The position numbers and the translations under genes were made by a program. A stretch of 61,201 nucleotides of DNA from Edaphobacter sp. (GTDB lineage Bacteria; Acidobacteriota; Terriglobia; Terriglobales; Acidobacteriaceae). Below, piece by piece: positions 47,412 through 57,225 of this stretch (positions within the stretch are counted from its first letter, which is position 1; every line of letters begins with the position of its first letter). The notes under the pieces were generated by a model. That model was not told the DNA's origin. It saw only the letters and a program-made list of their open reading frames with translations, and made no database searches. Location of the stretch: contig NZ_DATKQC010000198.1 of assembly GCF_035532915.1 (NCBI RefSeq), forward strand, positions 1 to 61,201, given 5' to 3'.

Positions 47412-47438
47412 GCAACCTATTCCATTGGGAGGGCATCT
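47412..47438 (+). promoter_or_regulatory. Putative ECF-sigma-type promoter
   Basis: GCAACC-N15-GCATCT; the same architecture occurs at 57916-57890 on the minus strand. Confidence 0.4.
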
Positions 47439-47588
47439 TTCCCTAGAGGCTGCCTGACGTTAACAATGTTTTAGCTTTGGGTTAAAGGTATGCTTGATGT
47501 TCGGCAGTGACCATGAGTTTATTTTGTCCGCTGGACTAGGAAAGCGGAGAGCAAAAGTTTGCATTTACAGAAGACAGGAGAAAACGAT

Positions 47589-47981
47589 ATGTCAGATAAC
47601 GACAATGGTGTAGGTGGATTGGGTTGGTTTTTGGCGGGTCTTGGCGTAGGCGCTCTTGTAGGCGTCTTGTATGCTCCGAAGTCCGGCAAGGAGACACGCG
47701 ATGATCTAGTAGCCGGTGCGATGGACGCGAAGGAAAAGGCCGCCGCGCTGGCGCAACAGGGCAGAGAGCGTGCGGCCGATCTCGCGGAGCAGGGTAAGCA
47801 GCAGGTTGGCGAATACGTCGATCGCGGCAAGGATTACTATGACCGTGGCCGTAACCAGTGGGCCGAGTATGTGGAAAAGGGCAAGGGTCTGGTGCAGGAG
47901 CAGCAGGGTAAGGTTGCCGCTGCGATCGATGCCGGTAAGGACGCTTACGCCAGCGCCACGAAAGATCTTGGCAAGGCATAG
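47589..47981 (+). CDS. YtxH-domain protein
   Basis: FLAGLGVGALVGVLYAPKSGKETR signature. AGGAG RBS. Confidence 0.92.
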   Translation: MSDNDNGVGGLGWFLAGLGVGALVGVLYAPKSGKETRDDLVAGAMDAKEKAAALAQQGRERAADLAEQGKQQVGEYVDRGKDYYDRGRNQWAEYVEKGKGLVQEQQGKVAAAIDAGKDAYASATKDLGKA

Positions 47982-47987
47982 CTGTAG

Positions 47988-48025
47988 GCGGGACCTGATC
48001 TCTCGTGGATGGAGATCAGGCCCGC
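47988..48025 (+). terminator. Intergenic hairpin after the YtxH gene
   Basis: GCGGG-A-CCTGATCTC...GAGATCAGG-CCCGC followed by AATTCTTTG. Confidence 0.5.
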
Positions 48026-48059
48026 AATTCTTTGAGATTGAATTTGAAAGAGAGGCTGC

Positions 48060-48644
48060 ATGATAGCGGCACAATTTATTCTGTCGGGGATGTGGCTGCA
48101 GGATGCCGACTCGATCTCATCGGGCAACTCGAAACTATTGATGATCTTTGTCGGCATGGTTGCGGCTGCTTTGGTGGTGCAGGCGATCGCGCTTGTGGTG
48201 ATGGCTGTCGGCGCTGCCAAGGCGCGCAAGCGGGTGCTGGCAATCGCAGAGGAAGTTCGCGCAAAGGCGATGCCTGCGCTTGAAAGCACGCAGGACTTTA
48301 TCGCGAATACAGCGCCGAAGATGATCACTCTGGCCGAGAACCTGGTCGAGACCAGCAACGTGGTTCGCAGCAAGGCTGTGGAGTTCGACGCGACCTTGAG
48401 CGACGTCAATAACAAAGCGCGTGTGCAGGCAGCGAGAGCGGACGATATCGTCACCACAATCCTGACTGGCACGGCGGAAGTCGTCAATGCTGTTCAGCAC
48501 GGCATCAGCGTCCCGGTACGCGAGTTCAACGGGCTGATGAATGGACTGAAGGCTGGACTGGATGTTCTGGTGGGCCGCACGAGAGGTTTCGGCAGCAGCC
48601 GTACTCGCCCGAGCTATCGGGACAGCAACGACATCGATTTGTAA
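48060..48644 (+). CDS. Single-TM coiled-coil protein (DUF948/YoxC-like)
   Basis: One TM followed by long amphipathic helices; adjacent to the YtxH gene. Start uncertain. Confidence 0.65.
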   Translation: MIAAQFILSGMWLQDADSISSGNSKLLMIFVGMVAAALVVQAIALVVMAVGAAKARKRVLAIAEEVRAKAMPALESTQDFIANTAPKMITLAENLVETSNVVRSKAVEFDATLSDVNNKARVQAARADDIVTTILTGTAEVVNAVQHGISVPVREFNGLMNGLKAGLDVLVGRTRGFGSSRTRPSYRDSNDIDL

Positions 48645-48656
48645 CGAAGCAAAATT

Positions 48657-49781
48657 CTAGAAGATCCAACCACCCCCGACCACCTCGTTTTCTTGATAGA
48701 AGACGGCGGCCTGGCCGGGGGTGATTGCACGTTGGGGCTCGTCGAAGGTGGCGGTGACGGTTCCGTCAGGCCCTGGGCTCAGGGTGGCTGAGGCGGGCGT
48801 GTGGCGATGGCGCACCTTGATGGTGACGCGAGTGTCTTCGGTCAACTCGGGGATGGAGATCCAGTTGAGGCGGTTGGCGCGCAGGTCGGTGGACATCAAC
48901 TGGTCGTTCGAGCCAACGGTGACTCGGTGGCTGTCGGGATGGATGGCGAGGACATAGAGGGGGTCGGACGAGGTGAGTCCGAGGCCCTTGCGCTGGCCTA
49001 CGGTGAAGCTCTGAATACCTTCGTGGCGGCCGATGACCTCGCCTGAGCTGGAGACCAGTTCGCCGGAGGAATCGGGAAGGTCTTCGCCCTGCTCGTCGAG
49101 GTAGGCCTTGAGGAAGACGTTGTAGTCGCCTCCGGGGATGAAGCAGATCTCCTGCGAGTCGGGCTTCGAGGCCACGTTGAGGCCAGCGTCGGAGGCCATC
49201 TCGCGGACGGCCGGCTTCTGCATCTCGCCGAGCGGGAAGAGCGTGCGCGAGAGCTGCTCCTGCGTCAGTCCGAAGAGGAAGTAGGTCTGGTCCTTCGTGT
49301 GATCCGCGGGGCGGGAGAGAATCCAGCGCTGGCGAGTCTCGTCGAAGTGGTTGCGAGCGTAGTGGCCGGTCGCGATGCGGTCGGCGCCGATCTGGCGAGC
49401 GGTGGTCAGAAGCTGGTCGAACTTCAGATGGTTGTTACAGAGCGTGCAGGGAATCGGTGTTCGTCCGGCGAGGTATTCGGCTACGAAGGGCTTGACGACG
49501 TCGGCTTCGAAGCGGTCCTGCTGGTTGACGACGTAATAAGGTATGTCGAGCTGCTCGGCTACGTGGCGAGCGTCGTAGACGTCATCGATGGAGCAGCAGC
49601 GGCCCTGCACTGCTTCGGGCATTCCTTCGTGGCCGCTGAGGCGGCGCTGGTTCCAGAGCTGAAGGGTGAGGCCGACGAGCGTGTAGCCCTGCGAACGCAG
49701 AAGCGCGGCGACAGCGGAGGAGTCGACTCCTCCGGACATGGCTACTGCGATGGTCTGGTCGCTATTGGGGTGCTCGGGCAT
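48657..49781 (-). CDS. mnmA: tRNA 2-thiouridine(34) synthase
   Basis: AMSGGVDSS, GRTPIPCTLCN, ATGHYA, KDQTYFL, DSQEICF, TVGQRKGLG, AITPGQAAV. Confidence 0.97.
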   Translation of the reverse strand: MPEHPNSDQTIAVAMSGGVDSSAVAALLRSQGYTLVGLTLQLWNQRRLSGHEGMPEAVQGRCCSIDDVYDARHVAEQLDIPYYVVNQQDRFEADVVKPFVAEYLAGRTPIPCTLCNNHLKFDQLLTTARQIGADRIATGHYARNHFDETRQRWILSRPADHTKDQTYFLFGLTQEQLSRTLFPLGEMQKPAVREMASDAGLNVASKPDSQEICFIPGGDYNVFLKAYLDEQGEDLPDSSGELVSSSGEVIGRHEGIQSFTVGQRKGLGLTSSDPLYVLAIHPDSHRVTVGSNDQLMSTDLRANRLNWISIPELTEDTRVTIKVRHRHTPASATLSPGPDGTVTATFDEPQRAITPGQAAVFYQENEVVGGGWIF

Positions 49782-49866
49782 ACTGCTTCTATTTTCGCAG
49801 ATATCGCCGGATTGAGGGTTTATAGCGGTTCTCCTCCGGGTGTAGTTTTGGTGATTCGAGCAAAAC

Positions 49867-49890
49867 GCAGATTCCCTTCGGGAATGACAA
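49867..49890. repeat. REP-like short palindrome ending in ATGAC
   Basis: GCAG-ATTCCC-TTC-GGGAAT-GACAA. Confidence 0.6.
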
Positions 49891-49922
49891 ACAAAGGAAG
49901 CTATACCTAAGAGGAAGTAGCT

Positions 49923-50768
49923 CTAGGAGCGCTGGGCGAGATCCTTTTGGAAGAAGCCGTTCAGCTCGGCGAAGGCGATGGAGTTGTCCATTCCGGCCAT
50001 GCTGCTTTGCTCTGCGATCTCGCGGGCGGCGCGGATGAAGGCGGTCCATGCGGTGCGGGCCAGCGCGGAGCCTACGCTGATGCGGCGCACGCCGAGGTCG
50101 GCGAGTTCGGGAACTTTGAGCCCGGCGCTGGAGGTGAGCAAGACGTTCACTGGTTTGGGGTGAACCGCCTTGACGATTGCCTCGATGTCGGCGCGTTTGG
50201 TTGCGCCGGGTGCGAAGAGCACGTCTGCGCCTGCTTCGGCGAAGGCCTGGAGGCGAAGAATGGCTTCGGCCAACGGCCGCGGATGGCCGAGCAGGAAGCA
50301 CTCCGACCTTGCGACGAGCAGAACGTCTGCGCCGGAGGCTTTGATGGCCGCCTTAGCTGCCTTGATTCTTTCGACGGCGAGCGGAAGATCGTAGAGCGGT
50401 TCTTCGCGATCTCCGGTGGCGTCCTCGATGGAGAGCCCGGCGACACCGGTCTCGACGCAGAGGCGAACATTCTCGGCGACGTCCTCGGGCTCGTTGGCGT
50501 AGCCGGATTCGAAGTCGGCATTGACGGGAAGATCGACCGAGGCGACGATCTCGGCAATGTGTTCGAGCACCTTGTCGCGGGAGACGGCCCAGTGCGCATC
50601 GGGCAGACCGCTGGAGAAGGCAAAGCCGCCGCTGGTGGTCGCCAGCGCCTTGAAGCCGAGGCTGCGGAGGTAGCGCGCCGAGCCTACATCCCACGGGTTC
50701 GGAATGACGAAGCAGCCGCTCTCATGGAGCTTTCGGAATGTGGAACGGCGGGTGGCAATGTCGGTCAT
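49923..50768 (-). CDS. Isocitrate lyase/PEP mutase family protein
   Basis: PNPWDVGSA, ALATTSGG, PVNADFESGY, GLSIED, AGADVLFAPG, RRISVGS. Confidence 0.92.
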   Translation of the reverse strand: MTDIATRRSTFRKLHESGCFVIPNPWDVGSARYLRSLGFKALATTSGGFAFSSGLPDAHWAVSRDKVLEHIAEIVASVDLPVNADFESGYANEPEDVAENVRLCVETGVAGLSIEDATGDREEPLYDLPLAVERIKAAKAAIKASGADVLLVARSECFLLGHPRPLAEAILRLQAFAEAGADVLFAPGATKRADIEAIVKAVHPKPVNVLLTSSAGLKVPELADLGVRRISVGSALARTAWTAFIRAAREIAEQSSMAGMDNSIAFAELNGFFQKDLAQRS

Positions 50769-50783
50769 GATTTGTCTCCTTTA

Positions 50784-51004
50784 GGGGTACCTCCCCCCTA
50801 TACTAAGTATGCAAAGTCTTGATTACAGGGAACTTATTTGCAAAGTCTTCCATCGAAAGGAGTTACGGGCGGAGTTGCTGCTTGTTGCTCTCAGTCTGTC
50901 TGCTGGTTCTATTTTATAGAGTTGGCGGGAACTAATCTGCAATCTCTATCTTGTCTATTTTGTTATGGTTAGACGCTTTTGGGGCTTGACAGACATTTTG
51001 CTGG
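50784..51004. repeat. AT-rich intergenic element, copy 2 (two 26-bp units)
   Basis: Units at 50811 and 50840, 39-bp block 50903-50941, GGGGCTTGACA 50981-50991; same order as 32502-32803. Confidence 0.75.
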
Positions 51005-51137
51005 TGTTTTTTGAAGCTGAGGGGGGAATGTCCAATGGAATCTGTGGTTTGTCCTTCGGTCGCGATGGACTCGGTTATCCCAGCTTCTGCCAGATCTGTT
51101 TCGGTCCAGGGTTGGCGATGGAGGACAAAGCAAAATA

Positions 51138-51218
51138 CAGGGGTCTCTCCACTCCGCTTCGCTCCGGTCGAGATGACGTGCAGTTTTGGCTTGGGGTGGG
51201 CTTCGGTCGAGATGACGT
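51138..51218. repeat. REP-like cluster ending in GGTCGAGATGACGT (two copies)
   Basis: GGGGTCTCTCCACTCCGCTTCGCTCCGGTCGAGATGACGT (51140-51179) and CTTCGGTCGAGATGACGT (51201-51218); degenerate CTTCGGTCGCGATG at 51054. Confidence 0.65.
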
Positions 51219-51251
51219 ACGGGGGTGGTTCTTCGAGCGGCGAATGCGGCG

Positions 51252-51674
51252 TCACTTTTTGGCGAAGGAGCGCACCAGGATGACCATGTTCCAGGTACCG
51301 TCTGTGTTCAAACGGGGGCCTTCGCCGGTCATCTGGCCTTTGCCGTTCTTGATGATGTAGAAGATTTCGCCGTCGGTGAGGTCTTTGAGCGCTGCCGGGT
51401 CGGTGTAGTCCTTAAGTGGAGGCTTCATGTCGGCGGCGAGGTCGCCTTTGCCATTGCCGTTCTCGCCGTGGCATACGGCGCAGTCGTACCCGTACATCTT
51501 CTTTGCCTGCGCCTGGGATTCAGCCGTGGGTTTTACCGGATTGACCAGAGTTTTGGCGTCCGCCGGCATGGCCGGAGCCGCAGCGGCAGTTGCAGGCATA
51601 TTTGCAGGAGCCGGTTGTTGTGGCGACGGAACGAAGAGCAGAAGAGCGGGAAGAGCCAACAAAGGCTTCAACAT
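51252..51674 (-). CDS. Periplasmic mono-heme cytochrome c
   Basis: Signal peptide, NPVKPT, CAVCHG, distal Met in GKGQM. Confidence 0.9.
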   Translation of the reverse strand: MLKPLLALPALLLFVPSPQQPAPANMPATAAAAPAMPADAKTLVNPVKPTAESQAQAKKMYGYDCAVCHGENGNGKGDLAADMKPPLKDYTDPAALKDLTDGEIFYIIKNGKGQMTGEGPRLNTDGTWNMVILVRSFAKK

Positions 51675-51741
51675 ACGAGCCACCTTACTTGTCGAGGGCA
51701 TCCTATGCCTCAACCGAACCGATGGGAAGCTTTATCTTTGA

Positions 51742-52638
51742 ATGCCGCAGAATACTATGACTCATGGCTCGGCGGGAGGACGGATGCAGCATAGAAGGCT
51801 TTATCGGAGCAGATGGGTGCAGGGGCTTCGCAGGTGGAGCTGGCTGCTGTTGTTTTTGGCGGGGGGAAGAGCAGCGCTGGCCGGACCGCCGTTTCAAACG
51901 GACGATCCTGACCCTGTGGCTTATCGCCACTTTGAGGCTTACGTCTTTGAACTCTCCGATGGGACGGTGCAGGGCGGGACGACGTTGGAGGTTCCAAGCT
52001 TTGAGGTGAACTGGGGTGTGGTCCCGAATGTTCAGTTGCATCTGGTGGTCCCGGTGGGAGCGAATTTTGCTCCAAATGGAGGGCCGGTGCACTACGGCGT
52101 CGGCGATACCGAGCTGGGAGCCAAGGTGCGATTTGTCAAGGAGACGAGGCGGCTGCCCGAGGTGGGCATCTTTCCCTTTTTCGAGTTGCCCAGCGGAAGT
52201 GCAGCGAATGGATTAGGGGTGGGGACGACGTGGTATCGGTTGCCGCTTTGGATACAGAAGAGCTGGGGGCCGTGGACCAGTTACGGCGGGGGAGGCGAGG
52301 CGGTTGTGCCGCAGGATGGGTATAAGAACTATCCGTTTGCCGGATGGCTGGTGCAGCGGCAGGTGAACAAGAAGCTGATGCTGGGCGTGGAGTTGTTTGG
52401 GCATGGCGCGGAGGGAGAGGCGGCGACCAGCACGCGGTCTTCGACGATGGCCGATCTTGGTGGATCGTATGAATTTAAGCCGGGGTTCGACTTGCTTTTT
52501 GCGGCGGGACGAAGCGTGGCGGGACAGCCGGAGACATATAGCTATCTGTCTCTTTATTGGACATGGGGACTGAAGGGGAAGGGCGGCGGCAGCTCCGGCG
52601 TGATGCCGATGTCGATGCATGTTGCGGGTGGTCGTTGA
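51742..52638 (+). CDS. Putative outer-membrane beta-barrel (MetA-pathway/transporter-like)
   Basis: Signal-like segment then GPPFQTDDP, GVGDTELGAKVRF, aromatic-rich strands. Start uncertain. Confidence 0.65.
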   Translation: MPQNTMTHGSAGGRMQHRRLYRSRWVQGLRRWSWLLLFLAGGRAALAGPPFQTDDPDPVAYRHFEAYVFELSDGTVQGGTTLEVPSFEVNWGVVPNVQLHLVVPVGANFAPNGGPVHYGVGDTELGAKVRFVKETRRLPEVGIFPFFELPSGSAANGLGVGTTWYRLPLWIQKSWGPWTSYGGGGEAVVPQDGYKNYPFAGWLVQRQVNKKLMLGVELFGHGAEGEAATSTRSSTMADLGGSYEFKPGFDLLFAAGRSVAGQPETYSYLSLYWTWGLKGKGGGSSGVMPMSMHVAGGR

Positions 52639-52641
52639 CGA

Positions 52642-53910
52642 TCAGGACGAGGACAGCTCGCTGACAGGCGGAGTTGCTGTAGCGACGAGCGCGCGGGCTC
52701 GGATGGATGCGGGAAGGATGAGGACGTTGGTTAACAGGATGACGGCGAAGGTCAGCGTGGGGAAGTACTCGAGACCCGCGGGGTGGGCCTGGATGACTTC
52801 GAGGGCGAGGACGGCGGTGATGAGGCCGCGGGGGATTAAGAGAGCAGCGAGTTCGCGCTCGCGGTAGGAGGTTCCCCGCCATACGATTCGGCTGCACAGC
52901 ACGGCGATGAAGCGGGCGACGAGAAAGACGCCGAGAATCCCCAGGCTGGGCAGGAGCTGTTTTTTCAGGCCGTGGAACTGGATCATAGCGCCGAGCAGGA
53001 CGAAGAAGAAGCTGCGGACCAGGAAGGCGAGTTCGGAGTGGAAGGAGTGGATCTTGTCGCCTTCGCCCGCGGCGAGGATCTCGAATCCGAACTGTTGCAT
53101 GGAGTTTTGCGGATCGAGCAGGCTGGCGAGCGTCGCGCCGAAGACCATGACGGCGAAGAGGGAGCTGCCGCCGATGGCGTCGGTGATGGAGTAGACGATC
53201 AGGACGACGCCGAAGGTGAGGACCTGCCAGAACTGCTTGTCGGAGACGCTGGGCAGCACTCGCACCCAGAGAAACCCGGCGACGATGGCGACGATAAATG
53301 CCAGGACGAATTTGAAGATGAACATGGCGAAGGCGCTGCCCAGGATAGCGCCGCCGCTGCTGTGGAGAGACATACTTCCACCGTTGGCCAGGCCGAGGAG
53401 GACGCCTACGCCGATGGCGCCGAGGCCGTCGCCGAAGGAGGCCTCGATGACGAGGGTGGTTTTGAGATCGTGGCGGAGGTCGAGCTGGTCGAGGGTGGGA
53501 AGGATGATCGAACTGCTCATACAGGCCAGTGCCGCGGCGACGAGCAGCGACGACATCTTCTCCATGGCGAGGGCGTGGATGCAGAAGTAGGCGACGCCGG
53601 CGAAGGTGAGTCCATAGCTGAAGATCGCCAGTGTCATGCCGGCGGTGAACTGCTTGAGGGCGCGGCGGAGGTCGAGCTCCAGACCGGCGGCGAAGAGGAT
53701 CAGGATGAGGGCGACGGTGCCGACTCCGCGGATGAGGTCAGGAAATCGCTCGGCGTTGATCCAGTGCAGCACGGGGCCCAAAACGATGCCGCAGCCGAGC
53801 AGGACGATGACGTCGGGCACGCGGGTGCGGCGGGAGAAACGATTGGTCACGAAGGCCAGAACGAGCAGGCCGCCGACCAATCCCAAGAAATTGGTGAGCG
53901 TTAGAGTCAC
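52642..53910 (-). CDS. Cation:proton antiporter (CPA1, NhaP-like membrane domain)
   Basis: About 12 TMs, LILFAAGLELD, IEASFGD, FFFVLLG, PRGL. Confidence 0.85.
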   Translation of the reverse strand: MTLTLTNFLGLVGGLLVLAFVTNRFSRRTRVPDVIVLLGCGIVLGPVLHWINAERFPDLIRGVGTVALILILFAAGLELDLRRALKQFTAGMTLAIFSYGLTFAGVAYFCIHALAMEKMSSLLVAAALACMSSSIILPTLDQLDLRHDLKTTLVIEASFGDGLGAIGVGVLLGLANGGSMSLHSSGGAILGSAFAMFIFKFVLAFIVAIVAGFLWVRVLPSVSDKQFWQVLTFGVVLIVYSITDAIGGSSLFAVMVFGATLASLLDPQNSMQQFGFEILAAGEGDKIHSFHSELAFLVRSFFFVLLGAMIQFHGLKKQLLPSLGILGVFLVARFIAVLCSRIVWRGTSYRERELAALLIPRGLITAVLALEVIQAHPAGLEYFPTLTFAVILLTNVLILPASIRARALVATATPPVSELSSS

Positions 53911-53934
53911 AGGTTACAGACTAACTGCTATGGG

Positions 53935-55044
53935 TTATTTGGGTTGGGTCTGGCGGAGGAAGTCGGCCATGTAGTTCTTCCAGACGGCGGCCTGGGTGTG
54001 GGTTCCATGGCCACGGGTGGCGTCGGAGATGGGGATGAGGATGAACTTAGCGTTGGGCATGAGCTTCACCATCTTTTCTGCGATGCCGAGCTCGGGTGGA
54101 TTGATGAAGTCGTCGGCGGAGTTGATCCAGAGGACGGGAACGGTGATGGTGCCGAGGCGGGCGCTGGGATCGTAGTTGCGCGAGGCGTCGAGGTAGTAAA
54201 TGAAGTCGTTGGCGTCGGTGCGGGCGGTGCTGCGGGCGAGGGAGCGGTCGGCGTAGGCTTCGGCTTGGGCGCGGGTGGGCACGGCCTTCTGCATCTGCAG
54301 TGGGCTGGAGCCCATGACGAGGAGCAGCTCGTTGGCGGCGCGGAGGCCGACGACGGGTTCGGTGGTGTAGTCGCCGTTCTTCCATGCGGGATCGTTTTTG
54401 ATGTTCTCGATGGCCATGTAGCGCATCATGCGGTTGCGTCCGGCGATCTCGGTGGGAAGGCAGGCCATGGGCATGAGGGCGTCGGAGAAGCCGGGGTAGG
54501 TCTCGCCCCAGACGAAGGACTGCATGCAGCCCATGGAGGTCCCGAAGATGAGGCGGAGGTGATTGACGTGGAGGCCTTCGAGGAGCATGGTGTGCTGGCT
54601 GGCGACCATGTCGTCGTAGTCGTAGTGAGGGAAGCGGGTGCGGAGGCCGTCGCTGGGCTTGCTGGACTGGCCGTGGCCGATGTCGTCGGGAAGGATGAGG
54701 TAGAACTTCGTGATGTCGAGGGGCTGGCCGGGGCCGAAGAGGATGTTGGAGAACTGCGGGGCGAGGAGGGAGTGGGCGTCGCCGCCAGTGCCGTGGAGGA
54801 GGAGGATGGCGTTGTCGACGTGTCCTGCAGGATTGCGGTGCGGTGTCCCGAGGGTGAGGTAATGGAGCTTCAGCTCGGGGAGGGTTTCGCCGGTGCGGAA
54901 GCGGAAATTTTGGATGATGTAAGTGCCGTCTTGTGTGGGCCATGTGATGGTGGCGGGAGGCGTTTGCGCGGCGGGCGCTGACATGGTTTGCGCGGAGCCA
55001 GCAAGGGCCGAGAAGAGGAAGAGGGCAACGGCTGCGAGGCGCAT
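53935..55044 (-). CDS. Exported alpha/beta hydrolase of the homoserine O-acetyltransferase-like family
   Basis: Signal peptide, LLLHGTGG, GTSMGC nucleophile elbow, DANDFIY, GHGTH. Confidence 0.85.
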   Translation of the reverse strand: MRLAAVALFLFSALAGSAQTMSAPAAQTPPATITWPTQDGTYIIQNFRFRTGETLPELKLHYLTLGTPHRNPAGHVDNAILLLHGTGGDAHSLLAPQFSNILFGPGQPLDITKFYLILPDDIGHGQSSKPSDGLRTRFPHYDYDDMVASQHTMLLEGLHVNHLRLIFGTSMGCMQSFVWGETYPGFSDALMPMACLPTEIAGRNRMMRYMAIENIKNDPAWKNGDYTTEPVVGLRAANELLLVMGSSPLQMQKAVPTRAQAEAYADRSLARSTARTDANDFIYYLDASRNYDPSARLGTITVPVLWINSADDFINPPELGIAEKMVKLMPNAKFILIPISDATRGHGTHTQAAVWKNYMADFLRQTQPK

Positions 55045-55160
55045 AAGGGGTTCCTCAGTCAGAGGGTTCCATTGGAACGGAAGGGAAGAGTAAAGGCAAG
55101 AAAAACCGTGAGGGCAATGAAATGCGCTTCATGGCCTGGGGTGGATAACATTTGGAGAAA

Positions 55161-55192
55161 CCCATGTCCCAGAATCGGGACATGGGGCACCC
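55161..55192. repeat. Palindromic REP-like repeat (intergenic copy)
   Basis: CCCATGTCCC-AGAATC-GGGACATGGG-GCACCC; same family as 33317-33348. Confidence 0.9.
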
Positions 55193-55202
55193 AATGGGTT
55201 TG

Positions 55203-57140
55203 CTATTCGGATTTTGACGGTGCGGTTTGGGGTTTGGTGAGAGGCTTGGTGATGTCGTCGAGGTAGTCGGGGGTGCCTTCGACGCGCTGGAGGGAGGGGT
55301 AGCGTTCGCCGCCGTGGTAGTCGATGTTAGCGAGAGAGACGAACTGGTCGGTTTGCAGGATGAGGTGGATCGGCGTGGTGTTGCCCTTGGCTTGCTGGAT
55401 GGCGACCTTGAGGGCTTCGGGGGAGAAGATGCGGCCATCGACGGCGAGGATCTTCTGGCCGGGGGAGAGTTTGGCGTTGTCGGCGGGGCCTCCCCAGAGG
55501 ACGTCGTAGATGGTGCCGTCGTTCTTGATGCGGAGGCCGAGGGAGTACCAGACGTCGGGGCCGGGATGGCTTCGACTCGCGGAGTACATGGTTGTCTCGG
55601 ATTTGCTGGGCTTGTCGGTGTAGACGAGCTTGTAGCCGCCTTGTTCGATGCCCTCAAGGTTGGCGTGTGCGGAGAGGGTGGTGATGCGGGTGTGCAGGAA
55701 GGTGGCCCAGTCGTAGGGGACGACCTGGTTGAGGTCCTGAACTAATTCGTCGAAGTGATAGGGAACGATGAGCGGGCCGGTGTTGCCGCCTTTGCCGAGG
55801 AAGATACGCTCGAAGTCGTTGAGTGATTTTTTGTTGTTCGTGAGTTTGCGGATGGTGGTGTCGGCGTCGAGCCAGAGGAGTTCGCCTTCCTGGTAGTAGT
55901 CCTGGCCACGCTTCCAGTTTGACCATGTGGGATTGCCGTGGCGAAGGATGCTGGCGGCGATGGCGGTGTCTTCGGTGTTGCGCCAGACGCGACCGGGTTT
56001 GTAGTCGAGGTTGGCGGCGGAGATGGCGAGTTGGTCGCGGTATTGCGCTTGCGATTTGAGGCCGGAGCGGGCGGCGAGGACGTTGCCGAGGTATTGGGTC
56101 ATGCCTTCGTAGACCCAGAGCAGAGAGCCTTGCTGCATGGTGGCGAAGTCGGTCTGGTAGAGGTTGAAGGGGCGACGGTATTTTCCGTTCCAGGAGTGGG
56201 TGAACTCGTGGGAGAGGAGGTCGGAGTCGATGAGTTGGTGATCGGCGTCGGAGAAGGTCTTTTCGTCGACGCCGTTGTCGGAGGACTGGCCGTGCTCGAG
56301 GCCTTCGCCGTCGGTTGCGTCGGAGAGGGTGAGCAGAAAGTGGTAGACGTGATAGTGGTGCGAGCCGTACATGGCGCTGGCTTCGCGGACGAGGTTGGAG
56401 ACTTCGGTGAGGAATTCGGGGCGTAGCTGGGAGTCTTCGGGGAGGTCGGAGACGACGTCGAGGTAGTGCCTGGGCGTGATCTCGGGGGCGAGGGGAAACT
56501 CGTGGAAGTACTGGCCGGTGATGACGGGAGAGTCTTCGAGCTGCTCGACGGTGTTGGCCGCGTAGTGGGTGGTGGTCGCGCCGGGGGTGGTGGTGTGGTC
56601 GGCTTCATCGACTCCGGTGTTGGGGGCGGCGGGTGCGCCGGTGCCGATGGGGGTGAGCGCGGTGCCGATGCCCCAGCCGGCGGGGACGGTGACGGAGGGC
56701 TCGACGGGGATGTCGGCGACGGGAGTGTTGGCGGGGTAGAGAAGGAGCTTTTCCCACTCGAGGACGGCGAATTTGGAGGTGACGCGGGAGGTGACGATGC
56801 AGTCGAGGTGAGCGTGGAGGGTGGTGACTCCGGCGGGGATGATGAGGTGGAACTCGTAGAGATTGGTGTCGTCGCGACGCCAGGGCAGAGTTTGGCCGTT
56901 GGCGGTGAAGACGACTCCAGTGATGTCTTCGGCGGGGCCGGTGGCGCGGTGTTCGCCGGGAATCCACTCTGGCGTGATGAGGGTGAGGGGGCCGGGAGTG
57001 ACGGGGATTTCTACTTCGGCGTGGTAGAGCTTGCGGGGAGCCTCGGAGAGATCGGCGGTGATCCGAATGGGAGGCTTTTGCGCGAGGGCGGGGAAGGCGA
57101 GGAGGACGGAGAACGCGAAGGGGAGGATGCGAAGGTTCAA
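55203..57140 (-). CDS. M61 family (glycyl) aminopeptidase with PDZ domain
   Basis: Signal peptide, PEWIPG, GLEH, LLSHEFTHSWNGK (HExxH), LWVYEGMTQY, C-terminal PDZ. Confidence 0.92.
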   Translation of the reverse strand: MNLRILPFAFSVLLAFPALAQKPPIRITADLSEAPRKLYHAEVEIPVTPGPLTLITPEWIPGEHRATGPAEDITGVVFTANGQTLPWRRDDTNLYEFHLIIPAGVTTLHAHLDCIVTSRVTSKFAVLEWEKLLLYPANTPVADIPVEPSVTVPAGWGIGTALTPIGTGAPAAPNTGVDEADHTTTPGATTTHYAANTVEQLEDSPVITGQYFHEFPLAPEITPRHYLDVVSDLPEDSQLRPEFLTEVSNLVREASAMYGSHHYHVYHFLLTLSDATDGEGLEHGQSSDNGVDEKTFSDADHQLIDSDLLSHEFTHSWNGKYRRPFNLYQTDFATMQQGSLLWVYEGMTQYLGNVLAARSGLKSQAQYRDQLAISAANLDYKPGRVWRNTEDTAIAASILRHGNPTWSNWKRGQDYYQEGELLWLDADTTIRKLTNNKKSLNDFERIFLGKGGNTGPLIVPYHFDELVQDLNQVVPYDWATFLHTRITTLSAHANLEGIEQGGYKLVYTDKPSKSETTMYSASRSHPGPDVWYSLGLRIKNDGTIYDVLWGGPADNAKLSPGQKILAVDGRIFSPEALKVAIQQAKGNTTPIHLILQTDQFVSLANIDYHGGERYPSLQRVEGTPDYLDDITKPLTKPQTAPSKSE

Positions 57141-57225
57141 GATCGGGGCCCTCTGTCAGTAAATCGGAGTGGAAAGCTGGATGAGCGCGGAGAATCCTTT
57201 GACTCATCCAGCTTACAACTGCGAG

